From: Dimorphilus gyrociliatus
Taxonomy: Eukaryota > Animalia > Annelida
DNA: 64,000 bases
Assembly (NCBI GenBank): GCA_904063045.1
Contig: CAJFCJ010000001.1
Location: forward strand, 2,480,001 to 2,544,000
Direction of reading: 5' to 3'
The notes below the pieces were generated by a model. It had not been told where the DNA came from. It made no database searches and saw only the letters and a list, made by a program, of their open reading frames with translations. The position numbers were made by a program, and so were the translations under genes. The number at the start of each line of letters is the position of its first letter. Position 1 is the stretch's first letter. Of the stretch, positions 38,799-52,944 are shown in pieces.

Positions 38799-39810
38799 CA
38801 TTTTTCTCCTTACAAAATATAGCTTGAAAGTGTTAGTTCAAGTGATAAATTAAAAAAAAACTAGAAAGCTGAAACCAATCAACGATTTACATTTGCCATA
38901 GGCACAACCTTATTAATTTATTTATTGTTAATTTAAACTTCTAAAACCACTTGGAAGCCTCAGTGCACGACCTTTTTGTTCCTCCCATACATATTTATAC
39001 TAGATCACCCCTTATCTAACAGAATTTTAATTTTCTTTCAACTAAATAATTCTTTAGTAACAAATATTTCGATCATTAAAACCTTTAAAAAATACTTATT
39101 TGTTTCTTTTTTCGTTAAAATGTAAATAAATTGTTTTATTTCTTTACTAGAACAGGAAATAAACATCTAACAATATTTAAAAATCATAAGTGACAAGTTA
39201 GTTACGCTCTGCATATTTTTTTTAAATATCTGTTACAATGAACGATTAAAAATTTCGACAACACAAAAAAGAAGAAAGAAAACAGTTAAATGCATAACGT
39301 TAATAAGTGTGTTTTTCGACAATAAGGGCTTAAAATAATATCATAAATTGAACATATTTGTTATCGACTAGAAGAATTAACTAAATATTTTGAAAGAAAT
39401 AAGTTAAATAGCAAATTATGAACATAATACAGTTGGATATTATAAAAAAAAAGCCTAGAGTGATGTAAAAAAAAAGAAACAAGTTTGAAATATAGATATA
39501 TACGTGTACACAGCACAGCATGTATATCGTCTATATATAAAAAAAAAACAAGATCCAATATACCAAAAGAAGTATATAGTTCTAGCAAACAAAAAAAAAA
39601 CATAAAGGTATAGAAAACTGTTAAGTGGGAAGAACAAGAACTAAAACAAAAACGACATCGGATCGCAATATTTCAACTATCTTTTCTTTTTTTTTTTTTT
39701 TTGCTAATGAAATACGGAACATCAACCAAAAATGATTAATTATTTACATTAGCTATTGTTCCAACAACCCATTTACAATTGCCGCTTTTTTGTGTTTTAA
39801 ATAACTAACT

Positions 39811-40925
39811 TTAGTTACTTTTTTCATTCTTCTCTTCCTTGTGTAAACCGTTATGAGCATCAACGTTAACCTGCCAAGCCGCTGGCGGTAGTAACTTTTT
39901 AGCGATAAATGTGTATATTTTTCCGTGCAATAGAACGACTACCGTCTGGTGGGCTACAGCGCACATTCTATAACCTCGACCATAGAATGGATCGCTAACA
40001 GCTGGACACATTAAATTATTCAGATTGACATGTGACAGCTGTAAGAGAAAGGAAAAGAAAATTTTGAATAGATTAAAATGTTGAATCTCATAAATAATGT
40101 ACTTACGATAGCCAACGGCTGCATAATAAGCCAATGAAATAGATACAAAAAACTTTTGGTCGCAAAAGCCCAAGAGAAATCCAAAGTGGCCTCAGGAACG
40201 TAAATACCTTTTTAATAAGAGAAAGTACACTTAGGGATAAATGAAAAAAAAGAAATTAACCTCCTGTTCTCATAAGATAAAACGGTATGAGCAGCATTAA
40301 TCCATGCTGAATATAGTATACTTCAGTTTCAAACGGTAACTGTGTTTCAGCAAGTTAAATTAGTAAATGAGTAATGACAATAGAAAATATTAATTTTTGA
40401 TAATTAGCATTTACCAATCTTGTGTTTATAACTGGAAAAAACATTGCAATTGTGGCTCCACTCAAACCGTGCATTTGTAATCTTAAGAAATTATATTTAT
40501 TAAATTACAAAATTGTTACACAAAATATGAAATTAATACCGGAATATAGCCATTGATATCTTATTTTGAGGGGCGGCTAGAAGCCATATTTGAGACATAG
40601 TTATTAAATGACATGGGTTCAAAATCCATAGCATTTGTCTTGTTGCAAATTTAAAGCCCAATTCAATACCGAAAACAACGCACATTAATACCAACATCAG
40701 CCTCTTTGCTGCAGAGTCAGGCTTTGTAACTGGTGGGATATGCTTAGGCAATGTCATATGGGTATAGGCGTAAAACATCTCACATAAACCAAGCATTGTA
40801 ACAAAACTTGTTTCAACTATCTTTTGCCAATAAGGGATAAAGTTAATGCAATCAATACCCCCATTTCCAGGTAGGCTATGATTTACACCAGCATAGGTCC
40901 ACTCTAAATTGTCCCATATCGACAT
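39811..40925 (-). CDS. TMEM164: Transmembrane protein 164; 5 coding exons
   Basis: WTYAGVNHSLPGNGGIDC, FGIELGFKFATRQMLWILNPCHLIT, LPFETEVYYIQHGLMLLIP, VNLNNLMCPAVSDPFYG. Confidence 0.9.
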
Positions 40926-42327
40926 CTTTCTGCTAAAATTGATAAATTTTCTTGAGAAAAAATCATATTCTACTTAGAAGAAGCGGATTGACAACTATAA
41001 TAGATTGTAAAATCTTTTCTAAATAGCGCTTTCATGTTGAATTTCTAAGATTGTATAAAGCAATTGTATATAAATTATCTAATATAATCAATGTAAACAA
41101 ATCTAAAAGACTTATTTAATAAGTAATTAATCGAAAGAGTAGATTTTTTTGTTAAATTTCGAAGAAATTTGGATAAGTTCCAGTATTACTTTATATAAGG
41201 ATCAGCTGCTTATTGATGCTTTCAAATTAAAAATTGATTATATTTTTAGCAGTCTAAATTAATTTAGGATAAATATATGTTTCTCCACTTTTGAATTAAT
41301 TATCAATCGTTCTTACCTAGGCAAATAAAAAAAATAAATCAAGAATTCAACACTACGAATTTTTTTTAATATTTATTATTACTGCTACCATCGACATCCA
41401 AAATAGCTCCGGAAGTTGTAAGCATCAACGGGAAACGGTTCATGGACACTGCCTTTCCATTTCAAATGGAATTTATTTCAAATGTAAAGTGTTTTCATAA
41501 TACGATTAAATCGACTTACTTTCATTTTTCATTAGAAAATTAATATTTTTGATTAAAGTTTTAGTATATGACTCAGATATCAATCAATAGCCTCCTCTAA
41601 TTCAAAAAACTTTGTACATGCAAAGTTCAAATGGAACGTATTCTCACAAGCTCACTTTTATATTGTAGAACTAACGTCAAATGCAGAACAATTACCTTTA
41701 TTAGATCTTGCGAATAAAGTCTCTCTATATTGCATAATTAATCTGTATTTCCCAGTTATTATCAAATCCGTCTACAAGGTGAAAAATAACGTCAAAGTTC
41801 ATTAGTCAATGTACAAAGAAATTGACATCAAGTTTAAATTACTTTTTTGCTACTTTATTTAAATATTATTCTTTTTGTCTTTTCTATAAAATGGAATACA
41901 AACATGTGGTGATGAAATACATTTAGATGATTGAAAAGAAGAAATAGAATTTTATCAACAATAAATATATTGGTCTATAATTACTCTAATAACTAGATTA
42001 CCAGGTGAAACTACAATAGGTTAATAATTATTTACATCTACCTTTTACATATATAAAATAGAAGTACGCTAATTAAAAGATTACATAAGAATAAACTTTA
42101 AGAAGAGAAGGATCTTTTAACTATCTAATTGGATTTCTTTATGGGATGGAAATAGAGAATAAAAAATTATAAAGTTGGTTAAAACTGGATAACTAAAATG
42201 TCTTTTGCTTTACCTTTGCGTGCGTAGCTTCTGCTTAAAAAGGCTTTAATGAGGAATACTAGAGTTGAGGAATTGCATAGAAAAAGTAAATTACGTATTG
42301 AAAATTTTGTGCTTATGTTGTAGATTT

Positions 42328-42328
<1 letters not shown>

Positions 42329-42362
<34 letters not shown>

Positions 42363-42371
42363 CTCTCTCTC
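42329..42371. repeat. (CT)n microsatellite
   Basis: Read directly. Similar GA/CT tracts at ~5140, 11140, 24155, 24775, 28108 and 29615. Confidence 0.9.
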
Positions 42372-42804
42372 TTTTAAAAGAAGGACTTTTATTTTCAAAA
42401 CTCTTAATAATGATATCCTTAAATGAATTATACGTTGAAGATGTTGAGAAGATATTTGATTATAGATTTAAAAATAAAAGCTTAAATGCTATATTCTTAA
42501 ATCCTTCCTGCAAAACAAAATTAATTCTTTCTAGCTCTAAATATTTCAAAAGCTGCCATTCTTATAATCAAATTACTAAAATAATTTGTTAAAAGGTTAA
42601 TACATATTTCATTCTTCACGTCTTATTTTTAAAAATGTCCTTTCTGCTTCCTCTCCCACATATTTTCTCAGCACGTAATTGATCATTCTCTTAAAATAGT
42701 CTTGTTTATATTTCTTTCAGAACGAAATAATTAATTTTGTATTATTCCTATCTTTTTAAAAGGAAAAGTATTTGTTTCCAATTTGGAATACGTTTTCACT
42801 GCAA

Positions 42805-42832
42805 CAGGAAGTGACTTCAACAAAATGGCGGC
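42805..42832 (+). promoter_or_regulatory. ETS (CAGGAAGT) plus YY1 (AAAATGGCGGC) housekeeping-promoter signature overlapping the TBC1D13 start codon
   Basis: Motifs at 42805-42812 and 42822-42832. Confidence 0.55.
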
Positions 42833-44774
42833 AGCGCAGAATAAGTATTAACTTTATTTTTACTTTCTTCTCGTCATCAATTGTTTAATATTTTATAGGG
42901 TTAAACTTTTTGAAAACGTGCTAAATCAAGAAATTATTTCGTTGGAAGAAATAAAAAAGTTGTGCTTCAGTGGTAAGTTACACTGTATTTTTATTATTTT
43001 TGGTGGGTGTTTTCGTCACATGATTACCTAGCAAGAGAAATAAATTTTCAGAATTTAATACATAATGATAATTTTGGGCGTAAATTGATATATTTTTGTG
43101 AATAATTATCATGTAACGGTCATAAAAGCTAAACTATTCATTAAAATAGGATGTCCTGAGGAAGCAAGTATTAGGGCTACGTGCTGGAAGGTAAGATGGA
43201 AACTTTTCATCTTTTTTTCATGATAGTTTTAACCAAATGTCAAAGAATGCTTTTCGAGCAAAATTTAAGGCATAGGCTTGCAAAAATACAAATGTTTGAT
43301 CTAAACCTCAGCTAATTTAGTTAATATGTATTTTCTGTTTTTGATGTGAATATTTGAGTAATTACTTTTCCTTAGTTTTTCAATTTTTATGATCAATTAG
43401 CTGTAAATTTTATTACTATGTTTCAGCTCTTACTCAATTACATTCCCCCAGAAACTGCAGATTGGAAATCTCACTTGAAAAAGCAAAGGTAAGCTATTTT
43501 AAAGCTTCTTAGATTTGCGATATACGATATTAATCTTTCTACAGGGAATCCTACGCAAAATTTATAGATGAACTGGTTCAGAATAGCGTTGAAAACGACA
43601 ATGATAGTTCCACGAAAGATCATCCATTAAATACAAATCCTCAGTCTGACTGGAACCAATATTTTAAGGATAACGAGATGTTGTGCCAAATTGATAGAGA
43701 CTGTAGACGATTATCACCTGGATTAGCATTTTATCAGTATGAAACCAAGTATCCTTACGGTAAGATATTTAAATCGAATCACGAAACGAATCCTTTGAGG
43801 AAGAGACTGGCAGGTATTGCTTTGTCTGCCGAAGAAATTCATACGAATAAAGTTGGAACCTTTCAAAAAAATGTTTGTACTATATAACTAAGTCTGAAAA
43901 GAATCACTAAGCATATAACTGACATTTCATTCCTTTTATTATATCAATAAATAGAAGGAAATAAAAAAGAAAGCTCCCGAGCAACTTTCTGACGGTGAAG
44001 AGTATCATTGGGAAGTAGTTGAACGAATCTTGTTTGTTTATACCAAACTCAATAAGGGTCAAGGCTATGTTCAAGGAATGAACGAAGTTATTGGACCTCT
44101 ATATTATACATTCGCTACTGATCCTGATCAAAGTGGTCAGGAAAATGCTGAAGCTGACACATTTTGGTGCTTTATGAATTTGATGTCAGAAGTTCGAGAT
44201 AATTTTATAAAGTCTCTAGACGAGTCCAAGGTAGGGATAACGCATAAAATGCAACAAGTTATGGAGGTGTTAGAGAAAATTGATACTCCTTTATATATCT
44301 ATTTGACAAAAAATCTGGAAGTAAAGCCACAATATTTCTGCTTCCGATGGATTACCGTTCTATTAACTCAAGAATTTGATTTACCCAGTTAGCTATTTTA
44401 TCAACAACTAATAGTAGAAATTTCATTTCATTTATATTTTAGATGTCGTTCGAATTTGGGATTCTTTATTATCTCACGAGAAGCGTTTTGATTTCTTAAT
44501 ATATATTTGTTGCGCAATGCTTAAGTAAGTACACAGTATATTCTTATATAATAATCTAAATAGATATTATTAAATGTATCCCCAGATTGATAAGAGGAGA
44601 TATCCTCAAAAAAGATTTCACCGCTGCTCTAAAGACATTACAAGTAAGGCTATATTAAGAGATGTTGAAGAAACAGTATATTGTATGCTTTTTTTCCATC
44701 AACTACAGAAATATCCGTTCATTGATGTATCCACGATTATAAAAACTGCTCTGGAACTAGTTCAACAATGTTAA
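42825..44774 (+). CDS. TBC1D13: TBC1 domain family member 13 (Rab GAP); multi-exon
   Basis: EIKKLCFSG, YRATCWK-LLLNYIP, DHPLNTNPQSDWNQYFKDNEMLCQIDRDCRRL, YVQGMNEVIGPLYY, EADTFWCF, KPQYFCFRWITVLLTQEFDLP. Confidence 0.92.
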
Positions 44775-46527
44775 AATTTTTCACATATTTTTGGTGCTAT
44801 CGTGATTAATTACAAATATTGTCTTTTTTATGCTGTTAAAGAATACTTTAATTTCTTAAACATCATCGTGAAACATTAAAGCATATAGGACTATTGTACA
44901 TATAAAGAGAAACTTTATATATATGTACATTATAATGAATAGATATGTATACAGCTATTATTTTTAAACAGTATGTTCTATATTCCATTGTTATTATAAA
45001 AAATTCTTTTTGACAGTTATGCCAAGTTATTAATTCTCATAATGATAATATAAAGTTATTTTGTTTTAATTTTAAAGAATAATCTACCTGAATTTATTAA
45101 TAATAATGATAAAGTAATTGGAAATTTAATTCTATTTCCCTTAAAAGTTGATAATTGAGTACCTTTTTTTTCTTTTAGGAGCTTTTTACACGGTTACTTC
45201 GGTTATAAAAGGGGTGTTCGTAGATGCATTGCACCTCATTAACATTATTATATGTAATTTTTTTTAACAAAAAGTAATAAAGCGCAAGTATATGATCTTT
45301 TAATAAGCTGTCTTGTTGTTAAAATTTACCGTGTATAGTAACTATGATATGATCAGTTTCAGTAATTAATGGGAAAGACTACTCATATTTGAAATAAATG
45401 GTATTTTGTAGAAGAGTCTCATAAACAGGTGAAAATGGAAATTTCAAATTTGAATATATACAGTATATACTATATATAATTTATAAATATATATATACTT
45501 TAATATTTTATATCTCCCAACCCTGGGGTTAATTGATTTTAGTTCAGTACGCAAAGCATAAACTCTTAATCAGCTCTGTTTACCGTCAGATAAATGTTAA
45601 TTTCTAAATATAGCAGCAATGCAATACTGTCTGTATACTGTACACTGTATACTTGTACTTATAAACAGTGTATGCACAAATATTTTCTTTCGTTATATAG
45701 ATTTTTTGCTCAACAGTATCGTGCCAAAAAATAAACAACGTACTCTGATAATGAAAATACATTGTAATCAAAGTGGCCTTTTAAAAAAACTTTTGTTTTT
45801 ATACTTTTACATCAATTCTATATTTAGATTAGATAACACTTAACTTTTACCATGTATTTTTGTAACACGTTTCTCTTCATTGTTTTGCCAAGTATATTTG
45901 GAATATTTTTTATATAAAAATCTATAAAAAAAACAAGTTTGTGTGTTTTAAAGAAACATGTAGTTTATCTTGATTTTCTCTCTGTCTATTTTTTTTCTAT
46001 TGAAATAGAATATTATCCTTGAAAATAGAAATACGAAGAATAATCTTTTTAAAGCTATTATTTGATAATTTACAAAATACGATAAATTAGCAAATGGAAT
46101 TTTGTAGCTGGTATAAAGACAATTAACCATAAAGTTAATGTACAAGAAAACATTTAATTTCAAAATTTTTGTTTGTTTACATACTATACACAATATATCA
46201 TATATTGACTCGAATATCATTCCGATCTCTTTCTGTAGTCCATAGCCCAAATTTCGTTTTGTTCTCATCTAATCGAAGTATTTGTCCGAACAAAGTGAGT
46301 CATTTAGATAATGCATATCTGTTAATTGTTTTCTTTACCTAATCAAAAATCTTAGATTTAATTATTGAAGTGATATAAAAGCAGTATATTTTACCACTGC
46401 TTGCAAGGCCTTGATGCCTTTTTTTCATTTACGCAGTTTCATAGATGTGAATGTTTATTTATGCATCAAATAATATTTCGTAATTGAGTACAAATACTTG
46501 AAACAGATGAGTTAATACGAATTTACT

Positions 46528-46730
46528 ATGTCTGAGACTCCAATAGAAAATGATGAATTAGCAGAATTATCCAATTCGGTTTGTACTTTTACCTTTTAAA
46601 ACATGTATGTCCTACAGTTGCAAATAGTACATTTTTAAAAATATTTGGATGAAAAGAAGCATGCTGTTTAGCTTTGATTTTGTTGTTGTTGTTTTATTGC
46701 AAGATTAATTGGAAATAACACTTAATAGAT

Positions 46731-46768
<38 letters not shown>

Positions 46769-49582
46769 TTATATACTTATATATATTTACATAAGAATAA
46801 CTTTTGTGATTTCTATTCGTTTGAATATATGATATATTCAATATATTGAACTATAAAATACTTAACATTTCCATATATATTTATATAAGTATTATACACC
46901 TTTTACTTCTCAAAGTCATATGGTATCTATCATTAGTGTAGTTTATCGATTTCAACAAAAAATATTAGAGCCCTAAAATAAGACAAGACGAACAATTAAA
47001 TTGTATAATCTACTTGTACTATCTCTATCAACCTTAAAGCACTTTGAGATAAAATATATTTTTGTTCTTGATATCGGACCTGGCTAATCAGATACAATGT
47101 TTTCTCTATAGAATGTAAATCAAACGATGAAGATGCTTTTGGGTAAAAACCTATGGAGAAAGGCGAATAAATGGTCGAATTCGTTATATTACCATCTACA
47201 GCCAATATTTAGTGCATCTGTTGAAGCTCCCACACCCTCCAATATCATCTCTAACATTGGTCAAAGACTATTCAAGGTGAGGAATATAATTGTTACTATT
47301 GGGCAATTGTGAAGGTGAAATTTGCAACCGTGTTCTTAGAATCCATTTTCAAAATCAAGGTCACCTGTCTGTATAGTATAAGCATGAATATATAAATCGA
47401 TTTTATTTACGCCAGACTGTACAATGAAATTCCCAAAGTTATTTTTAGTATACAATATAGTACTTGTAGTTATAGATATAGTTCTATTATTTGTAATAAA
47501 AAGCATGCCATTCTAATAAAATCCTTTTACTTTATAGATACTTGAAGAAAGAAACAATTCAAATGTTAATAAAGTAAAATTAAAATACTTTAACGAATTT
47601 CAAGAAATTCTCCAAGAATGTTGTGATATTGACTCTCTTTTACAAGTGATAAATAACAAGGGTTATAATCTATTACAAACTGCAACGGAATATGGTGATA
47701 TAGCTATAGTTGATAGCTTAATTTCTGAAGGAGCGAGTCCCGACTCTGGGAAATGTTCTTCTCCATTACATATTGCTTGTTCTAAAGGCGATCTTCAATT
47801 AGTCCTGCACTTGTTAACCTTGGGAGCAAATCTAAGTAAAAAGAGTGGTATGTGCTGGCCAAAGTCTCATCTTCCAGTTAGACACGTTCCGTCTAGATTC
47901 CATTTCTTGGAAACTGATATCTATATGTGTGATACAAATGCTCAATTACCGTTAATGTGTGCAATTGAGAGGGATCATGTGATTATTGTTAAAGAAATTT
48001 GGCAAGTTTATAGACCAATTAACAGGTGAGATATATAAAAGAGCTGTAAGAAAAACTCTAAATGTTGCAAACTGTCTTCTCGTTTTCAAATACGTTACAA
48101 ACTTATATTTATTAATATATAAATATATATATATTGTAAATTTTCTTTAACAGCTATCCTCTGCATTGCGCTGCAAAAAATGGGAGTCTTCAATGCGTAG
48201 AATATTTAATATTCAAAGAGGAAATTGACAAGATTGACGATGAAGCTATGACTCCACTGATGCATGGAGTGTCATCTAGTATAGACGTTACGAAAGCCTT
48301 ACTAGACGCTGGTGCTGATGTTCATTGCCAAAATGAAAATGGAGGGATCCTACATCATTTATTTAAAAATTTGCAAAATCCTCTTGAATTATACGATGTG
48401 ACAAAACTATTACTTGGTCATGGGCTCGATACGAGTATTAATATACTAGACAAAGACAAGAATACAGCTTTGCATGGCCTAGTTGTATTATGTAATAGGA
48501 AGTTGGAGACGTTATCAGGCGTGAAAAGCGATCAATCAAAATTTGATGTGATTGTCGTGAGGACAATCGAACTATTACTGTTACATAATGTAGATGTTAA
48601 TAGTGTCAATTCCAGTGGCGTTACTGCACTCCATAAACTGCTCTTGACATTCGATTTCGTGCTAAGTAATGACCCAAGAGCTATTACGGTTGATACTCTT
48701 CCTCAGAGAGAATGTTACGAAATTAACATGGACGTTTTAAACGCTTGTGTTTCCATGCTCGGCCAACATAGAGCTGATGTTTGCTCATTAACTGCAGCAG
48801 GTCGAGCACCTATCGTTATTGTACTTCAATCGGTATTGGGAGCGCAATTAGGGCACTTGAAAAGATTTTCAAATGGTCTAGTTGATATTTTGAGAATATT
48901 ATGCACGCACGGAGCCAAACCAAGCCTTCATAGGAACACACACAACCTAGTTGTTGCAACTATAACGAAGTTGAGTGAAAAATGCATACAAAACCTTGAA
49001 ATATCAGAATTTACTTTATCAATATATGAAACACTTTTTGATTTCGACCTTGATCCAAATAGAACTGGACAACCGCCAGCTAATCTACTAGCTCAAACAA
49101 TAAGGACATTTGGCTTAGCTAAAACCGAAAATGGAGTAAATTTTGTCTGCAAAATTGTACAATGTTTATTACAACATAGTGTAAATCCAGATATTGAACC
49201 ATACGCATTAGACCCGGAGTTCTGCTCATCTCAAAGTTGTGTATTTTTAAGAAAATCATCTAATGGGATTTTACAACTTGCTATTGATGAATTGCAATCA
49301 TTACCACCATCTAAAGCAAGCGAATACGCATCGTTGGAATTATTACATTTACTCTGCAATAGCGTCAGCCATTCTGTTTTGTATTCGTTAAGTAAAAGAT
49401 CTCTGGCAACAATTAATCCTAAATTAAAGAAAATATTATTGGACTATACAGAACAACCAAGAAGCTTGAAACAGTGTACAAGGGTTATCATTTATAAGCA
49501 ATTAAGAAGAAAACTACTGATCGGAGTTGATCTTTTACCTTTACCAGACATGTTGAAACGTTATTTGTTGTATGTTCAATAA
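46528..49582 (+). CDS. Ankyrin-repeat and SOCS-box protein (ASB-like); exons approx. 46528-46578, 47538-~48024, ~48154-49582
   Basis: Ankyrin repeats (SPLHIACSKG, YPLHCAAKNG, TPLMHG, TALHGL, TALHKL) and C-terminal SOCS box PRSLKQCTRVIIYKQL...LLPLPDMLKRYLL. First exon inferred from phase. Confidence 0.8.
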
Positions 49583-50087
49583 GTTGGTATTATTCTTTTA
49601 AAGAACAAATAATATAATCCAATGGTTGGAGGTTATATATATAGATTTATATATAATATATTATTTTGTTTTTCAATTTGTGCTTATACTGCTTTCTTCT
49701 TATTCCTTCTTTTAACTTTTATGGAGGGTGTGTTTATAATAATAACATATTGATGTAATTGAAGTGTTCTGTGAACGAACTTGTTCAAATTGTTCTTTTT
49801 TTACTCTGAAAGAAGGAAATAATAGAAGGTGTCTTTTTTTTCAATTTCCTTTAATACAGTTTTTTTTATTCAAAAGTTCTTTATTAAAAATATAGATGGC
49901 GCAGCTTAAAAATGTCTGTTATGATCTGGTTTTAGTTCCTAAGCCGAAATGAACAACTATTCATTAAGGATGAATAATTACCCATCTTTTACGCCAATGA
50001 ATATTTTTCCAGGACACAAAGTGGATCAACGATCGCCTGTTGAGTTATTTCTAAGCTTTATTGCGACTAATCAACAATTTCTGCATA

Positions 50088-52779
50088 ATGACAGTACTTA
50101 GCAAGAATTTTGTTGATTGCTCCTGTTATGGTAAATTATTTATCAATTTTAAAAACTTTTTAAACATTATATTTTCGATTCAGAATTGGGTCATACATGG
50201 ACTCCCTCGTGTCGTCAAGCATTTACTGATGTGATGAAATCATCCTTTAAGGAATCGTTTAAAGTTTATGCAACATTATACATAGTAAGTCATTAAATAA
50301 TATTTATATTCTATATATAATGGGAGAACGAGTATTGGGAAATTCCATCAATTAATATTTCAGGTTACGGCCATAGTTCGGCGAAAGAAATGGGGGTATT
50401 GGAAAAAGAGATTAACTCCCGAAATATTGCAATCAACTCTCTTTTTAACTACAAACGCAATGATGTTTATTGCTAGTTTTTGTGTTTGGAGGTAGGATAA
50501 GTTATCTTATCAATTTTTTAAAAATGATATTATAGAGATTTCAGAACCTTTAAACATCTCGGTATAAAATTTTTATCATATTGGAATTTTACTATTAACA
50601 AATTATGCATAGTCTATTAAAAATAATGTATAAAAACAAAGAAAGAGAAAAAGAAATATCGCAATTATCTACTATATCTACATAAGGTTTTAAAGTGGAT
50701 ACCAATCAAAGATAATCAAAGAAACACTATTATAAATAACTATAACTATGAATATTAATATTTATCACATTCTACAAATAGATCAGAGTATAGAAAGCAA
50801 TTTTTTTTTTTAAATACTATTTCAGAAAAGTTATAGGAACCTATTTTCCATGGAATGCATTTGTATGCACAGTTCCCGCTAGCCTTATGGCTTTAATGGT
50901 AGAAAAATCTTACAGGTGACATACACTGGCACATCTTACTTACAAGAGCTTAATTGTTGTAGAGTTTTATTTTTTCTATCAATTTTTTCCCTGCATTTAT
51001 AAATCGTGTTTTATTTCTATGCCTTAAAAAGGGATGCAGTATAAAAAAAGACAAGAGTTTTAAACAGTGTACATATGATATATTTTTACACTTTCATTTA
51101 TAAATATGACCATTAGTTCATAAAATTAATAAAAGAAAAGAATTAACTAGTGGTGGCGATTTCAGAAAAATTACTGGTCCGTTTGGTTTTTTAACGTCAT
51201 CATTTTGGCCGGCAACAACCGCTTGTTTTATAGCAATACTTGTTGAAAGACCGGTTAGGTTTGTAGACTATTTTTCATACTGCTTCCCTATTAGGCAATT
51301 TTTTTTCTATATTCTATTCTAGAACAACTTTATTATTCTAATTTATTCATTTATTCATAAAAAAAATGATATTAATAATACTATATTATTACTACTAATT
51401 AATAGTCACGATTTTATTTTTGCAGTTTAGTTAATATTTACTTGATTTATGATTTTTTTCTTCAACTATGAAGAATCCTTTGTTGATTTTTTTTAATTCT
51501 TATTATAGAGAAATATGCAAATATATTCATAAATAATTAATCAGTTGGTTAAGTAATATACGACAAAGTCGTTGATTATACCGTACTAACTTTGGCTTCG
51601 CTTCTCTATAAGAATTTATATTATAAGAGTATTTATTTTGAAAACTAAATAGTTAATACTACTTTTTGTTTTTCGTTTTTATAGAAGAGGACCTTTGGCT
51701 GTATATCTATGTAATTTAGCTTCCGAGACCTTTTTTAGGATGATGGCTTCCAGAGGTATTGTTAAACCAATAAAACATGGAGAAGTATTAGTCTTTTGCC
51801 TTGCGTGTTCACTCTACTTTTACACATTCAAGTAAAAAATAGTTTCATTTCCTTTTTATCGAATATACTGGAAATAATATCATACTTCTTATTTTATAGA
51901 AAAGGACTCTCTTCACAGGATGCTATGCAAGGACCATTAAATTTCTTTTTGGGTAAGGGTGAGAGTCCACCCTCACTTGTCGATCAGTCGTTTACCGAAA
52001 CTAAAAAACCGGACAAAAAGAAATTCTTCCTCTTGAATCTTTTGCTCAAAAAACTAGAACCTTATTTGAGGATCATTAAAAATACTAGAAAACACCCACT
52101 TTGCAATCACTCGAACGGTTGTGCTTATCACATTTTACAAGAGTCGGCCAAGACCTTTTGTGTTGGCTACGTCCTACAGACGGCTATTAAGGTTATTGGT
52201 AATATAAAAAATTGGCGAAAGGCTCTCTTGCACAAGGATAGCTTAAATTTGGCATTATTTTTAAGTTTATTCAGTGTTTCGTCCAGAGGTATTTTGTGCG
52301 GTTTGAGATGGATTAGAAATAAGGATTCACCTATTCACGGTCTATTGGCTGGTGCTGTTGCTGGTCTATCGATGAGGTTTTATCCTAGCGTAGCCATTGG
52401 TCTATATATTGCCAGTCAGTTTGTTGATATGTGGATAAATGCTAAGGTTGATGCTGGAGTATTGCCGAGAATCCCGGGAGCTTACATTATTTTTTATACT
52501 CTTTCTACTGCTTTAATGTTTCACGCTGCAGTTTTTGAAGCGCACAATATTCGCTCAGGATACTGGAAATTCTTATGGAGATTAACTGGTGGCCATTTTG
52601 ATGATTTCAATAGAATAATAGTTAGCCAATGGTGTAATACAGCTACGAAAATGTTCCCTAACTTTAATCCAAATCTTGATCCAAAAATTTCACCACTTGC
52701 AAGAGAGATGGCCAAAAGGAACATGACTTGGCAAGATTTAAAAACAGCATTATTAAATGGTAAAACTTTCAAAATATAA
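50088..52779 (+). CDS. TMEM135: Transmembrane protein 135 (peroxisomal membrane protein 52 family); multi-exon
   Basis: MTVLSKNFVDCSCY-ELGHTWTPSC, SFKVYATLY, HPLCNHSNGC, ILCGLRWIRNKDSPIHGLLAGAVAGLSMRFYPS. Confidence 0.9.
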
Positions 52780-52944
52780 TGAAGTAAACATAACCAAAAG
52801 CGAGTTTTTAAACAATTTATGACTGACTATAAAAGAGTTACTGTGATAACAATGATTAATTGATTAAAATGTTGCAACTAATTGATAAATTAGTATAAAA
52901 ACAAATTCTTTAAGGCTTTATAAGAGTACTTTTCTTTTGAGTTT

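Noticed and set aside
41570-41810. About 77 open codons on the plus strand and an exon-like 41772-41698 on the minus strand, between TMEM164 and TBC1D13
   Set aside because: No start codon, no phase-consistent neighbouring exons and no recognisable product.
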